From Owenia fusiformis (lineage: Eukaryota), in NCBI GenBank assembly GCA_903813345.2, contig CAIIXF020000001.1:34224001-34288000 (forward strand): a DNA stretch of 64,000 nucleotides, in the 5' to 3' direction. The translations under genes were made by a program, and so were the position numbers. Below, in pieces: positions 26,389-41,446 of this stretch. Position 1 is the stretch's first letter. Each line of letters starts with the position of its first letter. The notes under the pieces were generated by a model. The model saw only the letters and a program-made list of their open reading frames with translations. It was not told where the DNA came from and made no database searches.

Positions 26389-29300
26389 ATTTGTGAAGGG
26401 CATGTTCTAAAAGGTGTACTGGCTCCAATTTAGTGGACTTTGTGGCCTTATCCATTGTTTAGTCATTGTGTGGTTAAAATGACTAAAAGGTGGACTGATA
26501 CAAAGGCCACTGTTTAGATATTTTCATAGAAGAATGACTAAAAAGTGGCTTCAAACTGGAGTATAAAGGGTTAAGTAAAAGGATGGTACTGAGTGATCCA
26601 ACCCACCCAAGATGCATGCCTAATAGAATCATAAAACCTTATCAAGTGATACAATCTGTACCTGACACCATCAACTATTGTATCTTAGTATCCCTTTAAA
26701 ATTGTATATAATTTTGTCAAAGTAACAATTATCACAAACAATGAAGCTCTGATTTCATAACTTTACATGACCCAAAAATAGCCTCGAGACAGCTTAATGT
26801 TGAGAGGTGGGGGTAAACAATGCTAAAAAAATTAATTACAAACTTTTCCACAACTTGCAGTTGGTAAGGGTATATGTGTATCCCAATTGATATAGAATTT
26901 TCCCTATTAAATGATTATGTCGGAGGAGTTTGCAATCATTAGTTTTAAGCTGTGATTTGCAAAAAATAAAAGAACTAGATATAGTTGAATTCTATTGTTG
27001 ATGAAAATTATAAAGTTACATCATTTTTTGTAAATATATCAGAATCAATAGCATTCCATTGTAAGTTTAAGGCAGAATAAATCTGGAAGAGCTGAATTAC
27101 AAGGCTCTCATACTTTATCTCTAAAATCTAAAATTGACATGCTTTATAATTTTAGTATGACCACACTTGTATAATATTTGCATAATTTGTCAAACTTAAA
27201 TTATCCTTCACATTCTTTTCAATGGGGACAATCTAGCTGACAATCTACCTGACACTCATCTGCACGCCACCTAAATATCTTTGTTGTTTCCCTTACAAAT
27301 GTTGACTGTATATTTTGAAAAGTGAAGCTCCTCATGTTATAATGTTGAACCCCGGGGCTGGACAACCAACACCTTAACTCAATTTAATTTGGAGAGGGGG
27401 GGGGGTAAAATGGTAAAACAATTGATTAAATTTACTTACCTTTTTTTCCACAACTATCAATTTGTAAGGACAGTTGTGAATTCCAATTGATATCAAATGT
27501 TCCCTTACTGAAAATATCATAGAAGTTTGCAGTCAGTAGTTTAAATCCTTCAGTATATATTTTATGAAAATGAAAAAAACGTATGGCGTAGTGTTGAATT
27601 ATATTTTTGTAAAATGACCAATATAAAACCATTCATTTTTTTGTTTTGTAACTATATCAGAGTTATTTATCATTCCATTAAAACGGTTGTCTCTTAATGG
27701 CAGGGAAATATGGAGGTATGTGTGGAAAGTCACTTTTATTTGCTAATTTTTCCAGCCCCATGTCACTTGAATGGTAGCTTTTATCAAAAATTGCCACAAG
27801 TTTCGCTTAATCCTATAAATACTAAATCTGAAAAATCTGTTTTCCTTGAACATGCTAAAGCCCGTGTGATTTGAGTATTATCGTTAATGGCAATAATTCC
27901 TCCAGCACTTTTTTATCACTAACATTTTTTGTGGTCTTGGGCAAATGTTGCCTAAGTTAAAATAGATAATAAAGATAATTATAATTATCAAAACTCTCGC
28001 TAATCATCATATTTTCACTAAATCAAGAAAGTTAGGACAAATGTTCATCTGATAATATCAGATAATATTGATAATTATCAAAACTATTGCTAACAGTTAT
28101 AATTTTAGTTACATCAAAAATATCACTTTTATTGATAACTATTTCTAGCAAATGTTTCATAGAAAAGGGCCCGTGTGAAATTAGCATTATCTGATAATTT
28201 ATAAAAACAATTGATAATTATCAAATCACTGCTAATTTGGGTAATTTAACTTTTATTAAAAAATCACTTTAATTTATTATATATTTTTTCGGGCTGGCTG
28301 GTAACAATAAAATTATATATTATCACGTATTGATAAAAGTCAGTTTCCGCACATAAATGAAAATCCATAAGTGTTGAATTGCATGTGGTGATAATACCTT
28401 TACATACTTTATCTCTAAAATCTCAAAGGACAAGGTGCAATTATTGGCAAATATCCCTATGGTCAAAATGAATCATTCGTAGGTGTAACATGAAGAATAA
28501 AATGTCATATAATACTTTGGAAAATATTAAAGTGCTCGGACACACATAAGCTGAGATAGGGATCATTTCGTTCAGTAAGGTTGTATTGACTTTCATGGGG
28601 CTGTGCACCATTGACTTAACATGAGGATATCAGCAGATCCCAATAGGGGCCATTGGTTTCCATTGATTATCACAGAAATACCAAAAATACACTATGACCT
28701 GAATCAATTGCAAACTTAATAATTTCACAATACAACACAAATGGTTTATCTCATCAAATGTGCAAATATGAAGTTTGCAATCGATTCAGGTCATACTTAA
28801 AATTAAAAGATTGCTCAATTTTTCATCATTTTTTTCCCTACAAAATGGCTATAGAAAAATGCTCCAAAAACAACTTTTACACTTATCAAATATCATACAA
28901 GTTTGTAAAACCAAATATAATACTATTATATTTCATTATGTAGTAACATATTTGGATAAGATGCAGGGATGCGTAGGATGTAAATGGATTTTGACAGACA
29001 CAAAAATACTTCCTGGTTTGGAATCTATGCCTCTACACTTCATGATTGAATTATGACCCTAATAAGTGGCCTATACATCAATACAGTGCTGAATATAGGT
29101 CAACAAGATACCAGTGTGCATATAAATGTAATAATTGAAGCAGAATACTCATTTTGAAAAATCAGATGAATTATTTTTTTCCCATGGGGAGATCCCAATG
29201 GAGGGTGTATAAGGTCCTTTACATGCTTCATAATCTTTATGGAAATGACCACACTTGATATTGAATTCACACAATGGGTACATGGACATGATGAATATAG

Positions 29301-30388
29301 TTCAGTAGTTAGCATGTCTTTTCTGCTGCTGGATTTAATGAAGTTTTTTTTGATATAGCGATGCTCAAATGGATTATCTGGCATACATAGTATTATACCC
29401 TTTGCATTCGTTTGACTTCACTTCTTAAGAGAGCTTCGTCTTCACTCTTTCAAACTAAAATAAACCTGTGAACTCACCGCGCCAATCAGTGTTCGTCGGT
29501 CAAATTTGACCGACGTTCTATATATGGTCATTCCTTCTGACGTCACCGTTGAGCCCGGAATTGACCAATGTCATGCGCATATTTAATTAGAACGCATTTG
29601 GCGTATGTTTCTTCAAGCTCGCTGATTGGTGGAAGAAAGGTCAGCACGTAGGTCAGAAGTGATTTACTACCCAAACTGTCACCGGTACCCGTCGTGGGGG
29701 CGGGGCTACTAGACTGTAATATGGTATCTACAAGGCAGAGTGTAGTTTAACTAGACTCTGCACGCAGGGTAATAGTATTACTGAGTTACACATGAACATA
29801 CAGGGATCATAGACATTCACTTGTTTGCTTCATAATTCGACTAGTGATCCAAATTATCACACTGAAACATGGATACATGCTGAACTTTAACTTAATATCA
29901 ATCTGCCATGTCAACTTTAAAATTTTCAGGGATGATTTTAAGCATTCTGGGTAAATGATAAGGCGATCATTTTGGATCTTCCATCCTGAATCTTGTGTGC
30001 AAAGACTTATCTACACGTTTACAGATGAACCATTTGAAAGATCGAATTCAACTTTTCAGATGTGATTCTTTGTATGAAAATCTCAAGCTGATTAGTTTTG
30101 GGGCATTCTGGCTGATGTTGCCATTTTGATTTTTTTACCTAAAATCTTGTATTTTCAACTGATTAAAAAGTTTGGCATTGGGGATAAAAACTCTAGGACC
30201 ACCCATCGGTATGGACATATTGTACACGTTTGTGTTCTTGTTATAAGTTAGAATAGAAGAAACAACTGGATTAATTTAAATACCTGCCATCTGGAGATCA
30301 GTAGCATATTAATGAGAGAACAAATATATTATATGAAACAATATTCCATTCCTTGTGAGTGAATTGCTTACGGGTAACACAATCTCTC

Positions 30389-30660
30389 CATAGCCAGAGG
30401 GGGGTGTGATGGGTCGCATCCCCTCCATAACCAATAAAATAGAACCATTAGATAGTGGAAGAAAGGAGCTTTAAAATGCTTTTTTAGCTTATTTAATTCT
30501 AGGTCAATTTTGAGCAAAGTTGCATCAATTTTTGTAAATTCCAAAACAGATCTTATTTTTTTGTTTTGCCTTGCTTATGCCACGATTATGCCACCCACTT
30601 GACTGAAACCCAAAAATTTGGCGATCGTACCCCCCTGACTGAAAGCTGACTACGCCCCTG
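30389..30660. mobile_element. hAT-like MITE
   Basis: Right end CTACGCCCCTG; eroded left end CATAGCCAGAGGGGG; CTCTC on both flanks. Confidence 0.5.
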
Positions 30661-31891
30661 CTCTCCAATCTACATTAAAATGCCTTCCTCTTGCATGTAA
30701 CAAAGCTATATTTTTGAAAAACACCGTCTACTCATCCCGCTACTCATGTTATGTGTGTCTGTGCTCGACCCTTCTAAATTCCATCTTTTTAATTTGAAAG
30801 GAATATATTTAAAACTCCACATATTTTTTATTGTGCTTGGGAAAAGGACTTGGCAAATGGAGGGCTTCGTGACATCCCTATCGAACTTCATTTGCTAGGA
30901 TAATGATATTGATAAGTTAAATTCAATTTTAGATATGTATTGCTTGGGGCCATCTTTTAGTCAAAATACTTACAGAAAACCTAAAGTGTGGCCCATAATG
31001 GAGTATAGAGGGTTAAGTCCACTTTTTAGCAATTTTGTGAAGCAATGTCTAAAAGATGGCCCAGAGTCCAGTCCATCTTTTCTTGGGGCCAGTCCACTGA
31101 TTAGAACATGCCTTTGTGAAGGCAGCCCTTGCTCTTCTAAAGAAGATAATAGTATGACATAAATTACTTAGAAAAAATCTACATCAAAAGTTGGCCTAAT
31201 AATGTGTGACTGTATGACTCTGATAGTTCAACCTTTATAAATGGGAAGAAATCTTTGCTTGCACTCATAAAATGATTGTAAAGGTATTCAATGCTCATCC
31301 ATGGTATAGTCTAGTGTGAGTACATTTACTTTGGAAGTAGATGCAGAATCCAAATATGAAAACTTTTGTGCTTATGAAAATGTAATTACTTGAGTTGCAA
31401 ACCCTTTTAAATGTTCCCTGAAATAAGCTTTATGTTGCTTTAGAGTACTAATTGAGACTCATTTTGTGATCTTGAATCTAAGATGAAGATAATCATATCA
31501 TAATGATATAGGGTTGTCTTTGTATTTTGATAAAATCTTTCAAAAGAAAGAAATGCATAAATGGCACAACATTCCTTTGTTTGTGTCTAAAAAACAGAAC
31601 CTGGTGAACATGCAAAGTTGCATCTTTGGGCTTGCCCTCTCACCTTCCAAAGAGGAGGGGGTGGGGGGGGGGGGGGTGAAATACATGTACCCAATACTCA
31701 TTATGTACAGTATGCCCAGATTTGCCAACAAGCAAAGTTCTAAATATTTTTTCAATTATACAAGTTATTGTTAGCTGCTCCAGCTATCCAAGTGTTGAAT
31801 ATTGAAGTTTTCTATAAAGCAAACACTTTTGATAACACTTTCTAAAGATAACCAATCTTTACTTGCAATACCCTTGCAAGCTATAAGTTAT

Positions 31892-33074
31892 AACCAGAAC
31901 AACGGCAACGCCAAAGCGTAGCGAATCCCATCGAACAGAAGTGGCTGGCATTTTTACAAACGAATAGCAAACATCATAAAACAACACACATAAGAAAGGC
32001 CACCATTTTCAAAATGGTTGCTCACTAGCCAAGTTGTCATCAGAAGAAATGATATGCTTCTCAGTAGCCACCTCTAAAATTTTTGAAAAATCGCACACGT
32101 ACTTGTAAAATAACACACATAAAAATGGTGGCCAATTTTCAAAATGGCCAACTACTCCCCAAAGTTTTATTAGAAAATGTGCCATTCTTAAAGTATTCAC
32201 ATATCAAATATGAACAAAATCGCTCGGACACTACTTTTTGAGTTATAGTAAAATACGTTAAAATGGCGGCCATTTTTCAAAATGGCCACCTTCTACCAAA
32301 AGTGTCATTAGAAATAGACAGTGTGCCATGCTTATAGTATCCACATACCAAATATGAACAAATTTGCTCCACTACTTTTCGATAATAATAGTAAAATACG
32401 TTAAAATGGCGGTCATTTTTCAAAATGGCCGCCTTCTACCAAAAGTGTCATAGGACAGTGTGCCATGCTTATAGTGTTCACATACCAAATATGAACAAAA
32501 TCGCTCCACTACTTTTCGAGTTATAGTAAAATACGTTAAAATGGCGGCCATTTTTCAAAAAGTACTCTTCTACCAAAAGTGTTTTAAGACAGTGTTCAAT
32601 GCTTATAGTATTCACATACCTTATATGAACAAAATCGCTCAACTATTTTTTGAGTTATAGCAAAAATCGTAAAATGACGAGTAAAGGCCACCATTTTTCA
32701 AGATGGCTGCCATGTGCTTCTTTAATATCTACATTTGTAGCATTATTAATGTTCTTTATAATTTTTTTACATTTAAAACATATTGCTATAACAGTTTTAC
32801 ATATTGCACCTAAGTTACTGTAAAATCGGCACTAAAATGGCCGCCATTTTGAAATGAGCGGCCATTTTGAAAATCGGCTTTCGAGCAGAACTTCTACCCC
32901 CATAAGGTATATGTGTACAAAATATGAACAAAATCGGGCCAACGGTATTTGAGTTATTGCCCGGACGGACGGACAGACGGACGGACGGACAGACGGACGG
33001 ACGGACGGACGGACGTACGTACGGACGGACGGAGGCGTTCCCTATATCCCTCCGAACTTCGTTCGATGGGATAA
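31892..33074 (-). mobile_element. HINE (Helentron-associated) with ~120-bp tandem core and (GGAC)n microsatellite
   Basis: Sub-TIRs ATCCCATCGAAC / GTTCGATGGGAT. Stem-loop near 31905. About 4 units of CAAATATGAACAAAATCGCTC... Microsatellite at 32963-33032. No TSD. Confidence 0.8.
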
Positions 33075-33895
33075 TTATATTTAACAAGAGTAGGCCTGAC
33101 AGAGGCTTTGTTTGGACATCTACATATTTAATGTAATTAGATATGATCATTCCTGTAGCACTTTATAATTTACATCACCTCAGATAAATAAGTATTTCAC
33201 TAAAAATGAAAGTATTTCATTGTTTGTCAATGTGCGTGACTTAGCGCTAACTACATGCAAATCGTCATAAAACATGACACCTCATTTCATATGAGATGTT
33301 TTAAGTAAAACAGAAGATGCTATGAGTACCAGAATGGATGCAGATAAGCATTGCATTTTTCACACCTAGAGATGTATGAACAAGTTGCTCAATCATAAAA
33401 TAAACAACTTTAAGAAATAAAAAAGAAAAAGAAAAAGTAAATAACCTTTTTACTGCAACTTTGAATGGATGTTGATTTTTTAAAATATTTTACTACAAAT
33501 TAGATGTTACACTTTAGACCATTGACCATGCTAATGGTTAAATCTCATAAAACTGGTCATCAAATATGACTTCATGTGATTATTTGATAATGTTTTGACA
33601 TTATGTAGATACATTCAGTTAAAAATGAGAAATTATAACTTAATTGATGTAATATATCCCAATTTACAGCAGTAATTAACAACTCATGCCAAATCCATAT
33701 TAGTATCTGGATAAGACTACAGGAATGCATGTGATGCTTTATTTTATTTTTTGAAATGTCAAAAACTTTATTCCAAATGAGTTAGATACAGTGTATCAAT
33801 AAACCTAAAGGGAAGGATATGTTTTTACACAGCTGTGGGCATTGTGCTTTTGTGAGGTCTGAGTAACTGGACACAAGATTGTCTGAGTACAGCTT

Positions 33896-35583
33896 CACGA
33901 GGGGAAAGAGTACCCGTGTATATACAACCTACCGCCGAGCAAAGACCCGAAGATGTCTGAAAATGTAGGGGGTGAGTTATAAACTTTTATTTATATCTTG
34001 AATTTCTCAATATGAGAAACAGATAAAACACAGAATTGTGTGTAACTGATAAAGTTATTGTTCCAGGCACTCATGTTTGCAAAATGATGAGTACTTAGCG
34101 CAATATTTACTATCCAGTCGCTAAATTCAACTTTTAAATATTTGAATGATGATTTACATCTTGAATAAGTAACGACCGTGGCTGTCTTTACTTCATTCGA
34201 TTCAAAGATACAATAGGTGTAAATGTATCATATTTATTTCACTGCCATACGTTGCATATCATTGAAATCACCGGTGAAAGTTGAAAATGAAAGACCCGAT
34301 TATGTCACGAGTACGATTATATAGGACCCGAAGCTACCACCGAGCTATTCCGACTATACCGTGAGTAGAACCCGATGAGGTAGTGAGTAAGCTTTCGAAT
34401 GAGCATATAATATCATGACGATATCACAAATATTCCTTTTTATTTATCATATACTCCTGGCACCGGGATATAATATAATATGATATAATTCCCGCAGCAC
34501 TATACGTCAACGTCTGTTTCCGGCAAAGTTCTTTAAAACATTGAATTCATGCTTACACTAGAATCACCATAATTTCCTATGTGTCTATGGTAAGAGTGCA
34601 ACCCAAAAACATTTAATTCTGCATTGCAAGCGCCATTCTACTCAAAGAACACAACTTGAAGAATCCCAAGCTTCACAAGCTTCATATCCTCGAAACGAAA
34701 ATTACCGTGATCTTTCTTTGATAATACAATACCATAGTCAAAAACATTGCAAATCAATTTTTTGCCATTTAACTCAGGCACATTAACTTTAATACTCAGT
34801 AATGGATGGTGCTGACTGAAGTGGACCACAAAGTCATCCATCTCATGTGACTTATAACTACAGTGGAAGTATTTGTACCGAGGACCTGAAATACAATGTT
34901 TCGATGTGCAGTGGTAAATGGTGATAGCCATATTTTTTTCAGTTTCATTTATTATTCACAACAAAATGATTCACATGAATAATGCAGATTGTATGTTTAT
35001 TATTTTTTCATCAGCACGTCATAAACTCGACGATATAATCGGATCTCAACAGATTTTACTCAAGTAATGTTCGGATTCTGAGATCCTTTACTCAAGATAT
35101 TTTCGGATCTTTATAATATTACTCGTCGATCACATCGGGTCCGATGTCCGATAACCTCGGATCTTTTAGGACAAAGTTAAAGTGAAGATTTTGCTGTTCA
35201 AAAGTGCTATTTTGACCTAATATTTTGACACTTAATATATTATGAATATGCACATCCATTTACCGACCCAAGTATGTCTTATGTATGGCTCATTATCAAT
35301 TAAAGCGAGTATAAATGAGAAAAACAAATCAAAAACCATTTTACGTTTACCTTATCTCTTAATTTGGACATAAAAATATAGTTCAACTATAATTCTAGGC
35401 CAATTGCGCCTGCTAGAACATCTTAGTAACAATTCTAACCATCCAAAGGAATTGTTAGTGACTTTATATTACCTTTATTGTCCATTTTCCTACGAGATGA
35501 CATTATCAAACATTTGCTCGGCGGTATGTGCGTGTCTTGCTCGGCGGTAGGTTGTATATACACGGGTACTCTTTCCCCTCGTG
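33896..35583. mobile_element. CAC-ended DNA transposon with 5-bp TSD (Transib-like signature)
   Basis: Perfect TIR CACGAGGGGAAAGAGTACCCGTGTATATACAACCTACCGCCGAGCAA and its reverse complement. AGCTT at 33891-33895 and 35584-35588. Confidence 0.85.
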
Positions 35584-36762
35584 AGCTTTAACAATTTCAT
35601 TGTTTTGTTTCTATAATTGATGTTTCTTGAAGATAATCTTCATTACAAAAGTTATACTTTAGTTGTTTCAAAATTTTATTTTGATATTCATTAATTATTG
35701 AGTGATCCCATGCTTTAAAATCTCATATAGTCTCTTTGTTACTTAATACAGTGAGGTAGAATTGATAGTTAAACGAGACTTACCTTGGTAAGTTGAAGTT
35801 TGACTGTAGTTCTACCGAACTGTATGCAGGAACAAAGAGATTATATCCCACCCTATCCCTCCCAAATTGTTCCTGCATCATGACAATGTGATCACTCAAT
35901 GCTCTCAATAGTGATTAACCAGCAGCTGACCGCTCTCTCTTGATAAAATTCAGTTAAGAAATGAGTAATGCTATATTAATTAATCGTCTAATAAGTGCCA
36001 TTCGACAACTCGTTCACCTTGGCAAATCTCATAAATTGTTTGTTAGATATAAAGGATTATTTTGATACAAATCTCTTCGGTACTCGCCAAAATGTAAGAA
36101 CTCTCTCTTTCTTGAGGCTTTTACTTGATAAAATTCTAGTCTAATAGCAAAACAAACCGCGTTGTAGTACTAAAACACGAATCACGAAAACAGCAGGAGT
36201 CTTGTTGTTTGATCAGAATGCATTCATGTATTTTAAAGTGTATTTAAATATAGTTTGTTAAAGTGACTTGGTATACTATTCTCTACATCTTTATTCGAGT
36301 ATATAATGCAAACAGTACATAGTAGTTAAGGGTATTGCTTATATGCATGTAATTAAAAGATAGTAAACACTTCATTCACATTTGGAACTGCAAACAAATA
36401 TTGCAACTAAGCTGTTCATTTATAGTAAGTAAATAGCGATCGTTAACCATGGGAAATGTTTTTATGTATATATTAACCTACCTTTTATCGGATGTTCAAT
36501 GTCTCATCCTTTGATGATAAAACTAGAATTTCAAACGTTTTAGATAAATCCCTAGAACGACATTAACGTTTTTATAATGTACCCTGTTACTTTTGGTGAT
36601 GATAGTTCCATTCGTAAGATCGTGTTATGTGTGTATGAACCATACACATACACTACGTACAAAATGTAAACATAGACACATTGAATGTTAAATTGACATC
36701 ATTTGTTCGATATTCATATACGTTAAAATCAGTTGATATTTATTTTGAAGTTAACGCCTGTA

Positions 36763-37367
36763 CAGGGTGGTTTAAAAAAGTGAACCCCTGCAACTGGCCA
36801 TATTTCCCTTATTACTTGCAGGAATTCTTTTTTATTTTCACATGTTGTAGAGGAAGGTCTAAAATTTATGTTGGTACCATACATTTTTCTTAGTCTTGAA
36901 ATTTGCAGAAATTATAAGCCCTAACCAAACATTACTGAAAATTTACAAATTGTGAGTTTCAATATCCGCGATTCTTCAACCCTTTAACTGTTGGTGTAGG
37001 TAACATACCCCTGAACTGTTGAACAGTTAAAAATGATCAATAAAAGTGTGAAATGTGTTTTCTGCTTGAATAGTGTCCCTTTTGTCATATGGTAGGGTTT
37101 TAAAGTTGTATCTCAAACTGAAAGATCATCCAATGTGTTTTAACAATTTCCGTGAATCACATTTGTAAAATTTTGTACAATATCTAATTTCCAGGCATTT
37201 TTGTTAAACGCTTGTAGTTTCTTCAAAATTTAAGACTGGGAATAAATTATGGCATCGACCAAAATTTTAGACCTTTCTCTACAACATGTGATAATATGAG
37301 CCGATTCATGCATGTATTAAGAAAAATGTAGCCTGTTGCAGAGGTTCACTTTTTTTGGACCACCCTG
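36763..37367. mobile_element. Tc1/mariner-type MITE
   Basis: TA|CAGGGTGGTTTAAAAAAGTGAACCCCTGCAAC ... GTTGCAGAGGTTCACTTTTTTTGGACCACCCTG|TC, with long imperfect TIRs. Confidence 0.75.
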
Positions 37368-40300
37368 TCTAGATGACCTCTTCGATCAAAATGGAAGTGA
37401 AATTATGAAGGATTCCTTCATTTGTAACTCTAACAAATGAGAAATATTGATGATAATACTCTCCTGTAAAATGGCGATTGAAATGGATTCGAAAGTATCC
37501 ATTCAACCCAATAACAATACTAGAGAGGATAAGATGCACGGGCAACCTAAACGTCAACCTAGTCTGTCAGGTGACTTTATGGATGATGGGTGGGCGAACG
37601 GTTCGCGAGTCTTTCCACTTCAGGTTCATAATGATACTTTTAACATCGTTTTAGAATTAGTATGTCTGTGAAACTTGTCCCGTACCATCAATATCTAAAG
37701 ACGATTTCATGCGATTACTGATTAAAGAGAAATTCGCACTTTTGTGTCTTGGAAAATGAAGTGTATGCGAATGAATCGAATTTCACGAAGGATATGTGGG
37801 CAATTTAAGGAATTTGATATGGTGAAATTCAGCATGAGTTGAACAGAATGTCGCATAAAGAACGAACACGTCGAACAGAAGGTGAGTGAATTTGAACTGA
37901 CATTCTGTTCAACTTTTCAAACCAGAAATCGTAATATTTTATTCTAACTAGCCCTTAAATTGCGGTATGGAGGTAGAATTTTGGAGACCATGCTAGTTAC
38001 ATCCTAATTTGTAATTTTCACCACAATTTGGCAATAATAAAGCAAAATTTTAAGGCGTTTATATGAAAAAATCAATATTTATACCCACCGTACGACAAAA
38101 GTAGGGGGTACATAGAAAATAATTAATAACTTTACAAAAACATTATGAATTACCACATTTTTTCAGAATATATGCACATTAATAACTGGTAAAAAATTGG
38201 TGACTATAGGTATTATGGTTGCTATGGAAACGTAATTTGATTGTCAAAATTTGCTAATTTGTGTCTATTTTGGGGGGCTCATTGATGGAAAAATCCTATG
38301 TTAGCAAGTTATGCTGCAAAAATAGTATTGTTTTAAGGTCTAGAAAATTGCATATGTATATGTTCTGCATGCATAAAAATTGGAATGATGATTGAGTCAC
38401 AATCAGAAATATTTTTAAATATTTTAATTTTCTATCATTTTGTTAATCCCCAAATATTTATGCCACTCCCCTCGTATTAAGATACTAGAAATTACACATT
38501 GTATGTGTCATTAGTAACTGGAAAAAGATTATGGTGATCATAGGTTTGATGGTTGCAATGGAAAAAGGATTTGATTGTCAAGAAAAGGACCGCATGTTGT
38601 AGAATGAATCGGGTTTTTTTTCATGCACTTTGCTTGTGTTTTTTTATCTTAAAAACATCACAACACTTTAAACCTTTTTATTGACTATAAGACTGCACCA
38701 TATAATCCCCCAAAAAATATTTCTCTTTTCAAGGATTACCTGGATGGATTAACATCCAGGTTTTTATTTTCAAACTTCAGAGGGCTGGGAATCATTGATT
38801 ACGATCATATAAATGCTGCTTTAAAATAGGTTTAATGTATGCCAATAATTTCTCAAATTGTGTAAATGGTACCCATTCCTTATTTCCTAGAATTTTCTTC
38901 AAAAGAGGATCTGTTCGGACCATTCTACTTATGATGTAATTGGAGACAGGAGGCAATTCTGCAAATTCACAAAGTCTGACAAGATATATTTGGAAACTCC
39001 ATTGGCCTTCATACGGGGAAACACATTTTGTTATCCTATCAAATGAAGTTTGCATGGATATAAAGAACCCATCTGTCCATTCGTTTGTTTGTCCGAGGGA
39101 TTACAAAATACCGGTTGATTTTGATTCATTTTTGATTTTGATTCAATTTTATAGGCTTATGTCTTAAAGGTGTAGGACCTCTGTCAAAAAGGAATTTCAA
39201 TATGGCTGCGCAATTCAAAATGGCCGTCATTTTTTGTAAAATTGTAACCTTTATTATTTTATAATTGTAACTCAAATACTAGAATAGTTAATTTGGTTCC
39301 AATTTTATATGCTGATGCCGAGGGACGATGGGGCTCTGCTCAATAAGAAATTGTTTAAGATGGCAGCTGAATTTCAAAATGGCTTTTGATAATGACTTGT
39401 AGCTATTTTTGCATAAACTACCATGGCAGATCATTGAATTTCTCAAATTACAATATGCATTTATAATAATAACTGTAAAATGATGATAGTCTTTTTCAAC
39501 TCAACCCCTAATGTATCTTAGCTCTTATAATGGTTCCTCTTGCTTTATTCTCATTTTCATCATTTGCATAAACGAAAGCTAATTTCATATATTTAGCAAA
39601 GTATTTGGTCCAAAGGGATTATGAAATATAGAAATCAAGAATTGTCATCTATTTCTTATAACATTTTACAAGTGTCATCCTTTTTCCACTAGTGTCATCC
39701 TTTTGTTGTGTCATCCTTTTGTGGTGTCATCCTTTTCTTCCAACCGACATCATATCTGGCATAAATTTTGGTATGCATAATCTAGCTATAGAATGTTTAA
39801 CATATTTATGGATCATTAAGAAAATTAAGGGTTATAATTATCTTACAATTTCCAGTTAATTGTAATATGTCAACCCTATCCCTAATTTTAAACTGAGAAG
39901 AGACATCTCAATCTGATATTACCTCAAATTTTATCACGAAATGGTATCATTAATCGGACTTTCATTATATAACTGATATTTTTCACAAAGTTTGATTGGA
40001 TTTTTTAAAATATAGTATTCCTCTAAACGTAACTAACAATTTAACTTCATGTCTCAGAAGACCCTTCTTGAGCACATTGCTAGATTTTCTCAAATTTATG
40101 ACGTCAATTTATGGTAAAAAGTCACACTCACGATTCCTTTCTTGCTTTTTTGGTCAAAGTGTGCATACATTATACCTCTGAAAGTTTGGAATGATAATAA
40201 CGAAAAATAAAAAAAGATATGATTGGTAAAGGACAATGCACCCTTTTTTCTTGACAGGGTATGTATTTTATTGGCGTGAGACAAAAATAAAGATTAAAAA

Positions 40301-41446
40301 CTCACAACAACTGCAACTGAGTCTGCTTTTAAACACGATTTTATGCAATACTTGCAATAGCATGCATTATTATTTTTGATAACTTCCTTTTTACAGGCTA
40401 CTTTAAAATACTTTCAATTTTCATTACAGTTTAACAGGTTCACGTTTTAACCCCTCTCAAAAGCCTTTTTCTAAGGGCCCAATTTCCTTATACCTTTATA
40501 CTTACTAGGACACTACGAAGCGAGAACTTATCCCTAGAGGACCATAAATCTACATATTCAAGTACAAATTTCAGGTCATAGAAAAAAACTTCCGCGCATG
40601 CCCGGAAAAATGTTTTCGGCCCCTAAAACCCAAAAGTGGGCCCAAAATTTGAGGCCTAATTTCTTTCGGAATTTGGCCTGAAATTAAAAAATAAGGCCTA
40701 GTAAAGACCAAAAAGGGCCCCAGCCCCCCCCCCCCCCCCCAGATCCGCCAGTGCAGTGGTGTGTCCCGGTAACATGGATCGGGCCATTTCGGGATTTATG
40801 CAGTGATTCGAAATCTGAATGTTGAATTTTGAATCAGATTTGAGTCTCAATCGAGAAAAACACCATATTTAAAAGCTTAAAATTAAAGCCAGAAACTTTA
40901 TAATTTAAACTAATAGTAAAATCAGGATAATCGTCTCTCTGCTATTAATACACCAGAACGTATATTTGGGGTTGCACGGATTAAATACAGTAATACAATT
41001 TGGTGTATTTATTTGGCATTCGGATAAAGACAAGTCATGGCTTATACAATCAAACTTGATTGAAGCAAATGTCATTGTTCTTCAATAAGATTTACCCTGA
41101 GTGTCATGAAATAAATAACATAGCAAAATAAAACTTTTAGAAATAGTTTAAGGTTTCCTATTCATTGGTTTCCGTAAAGTACTATTTGAAACGAATATTT
41201 ATGCCTGTATTGATTTGTATCATAATGAATGTGTTTCACCTTTCTTTTGTCTTGCATTGATGATTATCAGATTATACCCTCACATTTTAAAGTTTTAAAA
41301 CAAACTAATTATCACGCGCAGCGCATGTCATGCAATAAGTAGTATTACTTAACTCACCGTGAGCACAATATGGGCTGACACGGAACATCATAATTGCAAT
41401 TAAGTAACTTTAACTGCATGACGTATTGGTATTTTGGATGAGTCAG

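Noticed and set aside
32815..33150. ORFs with VRPS/GRTD repeats
   Set aside because: Produced by the (GGAC)n microsatellite of a HINE.
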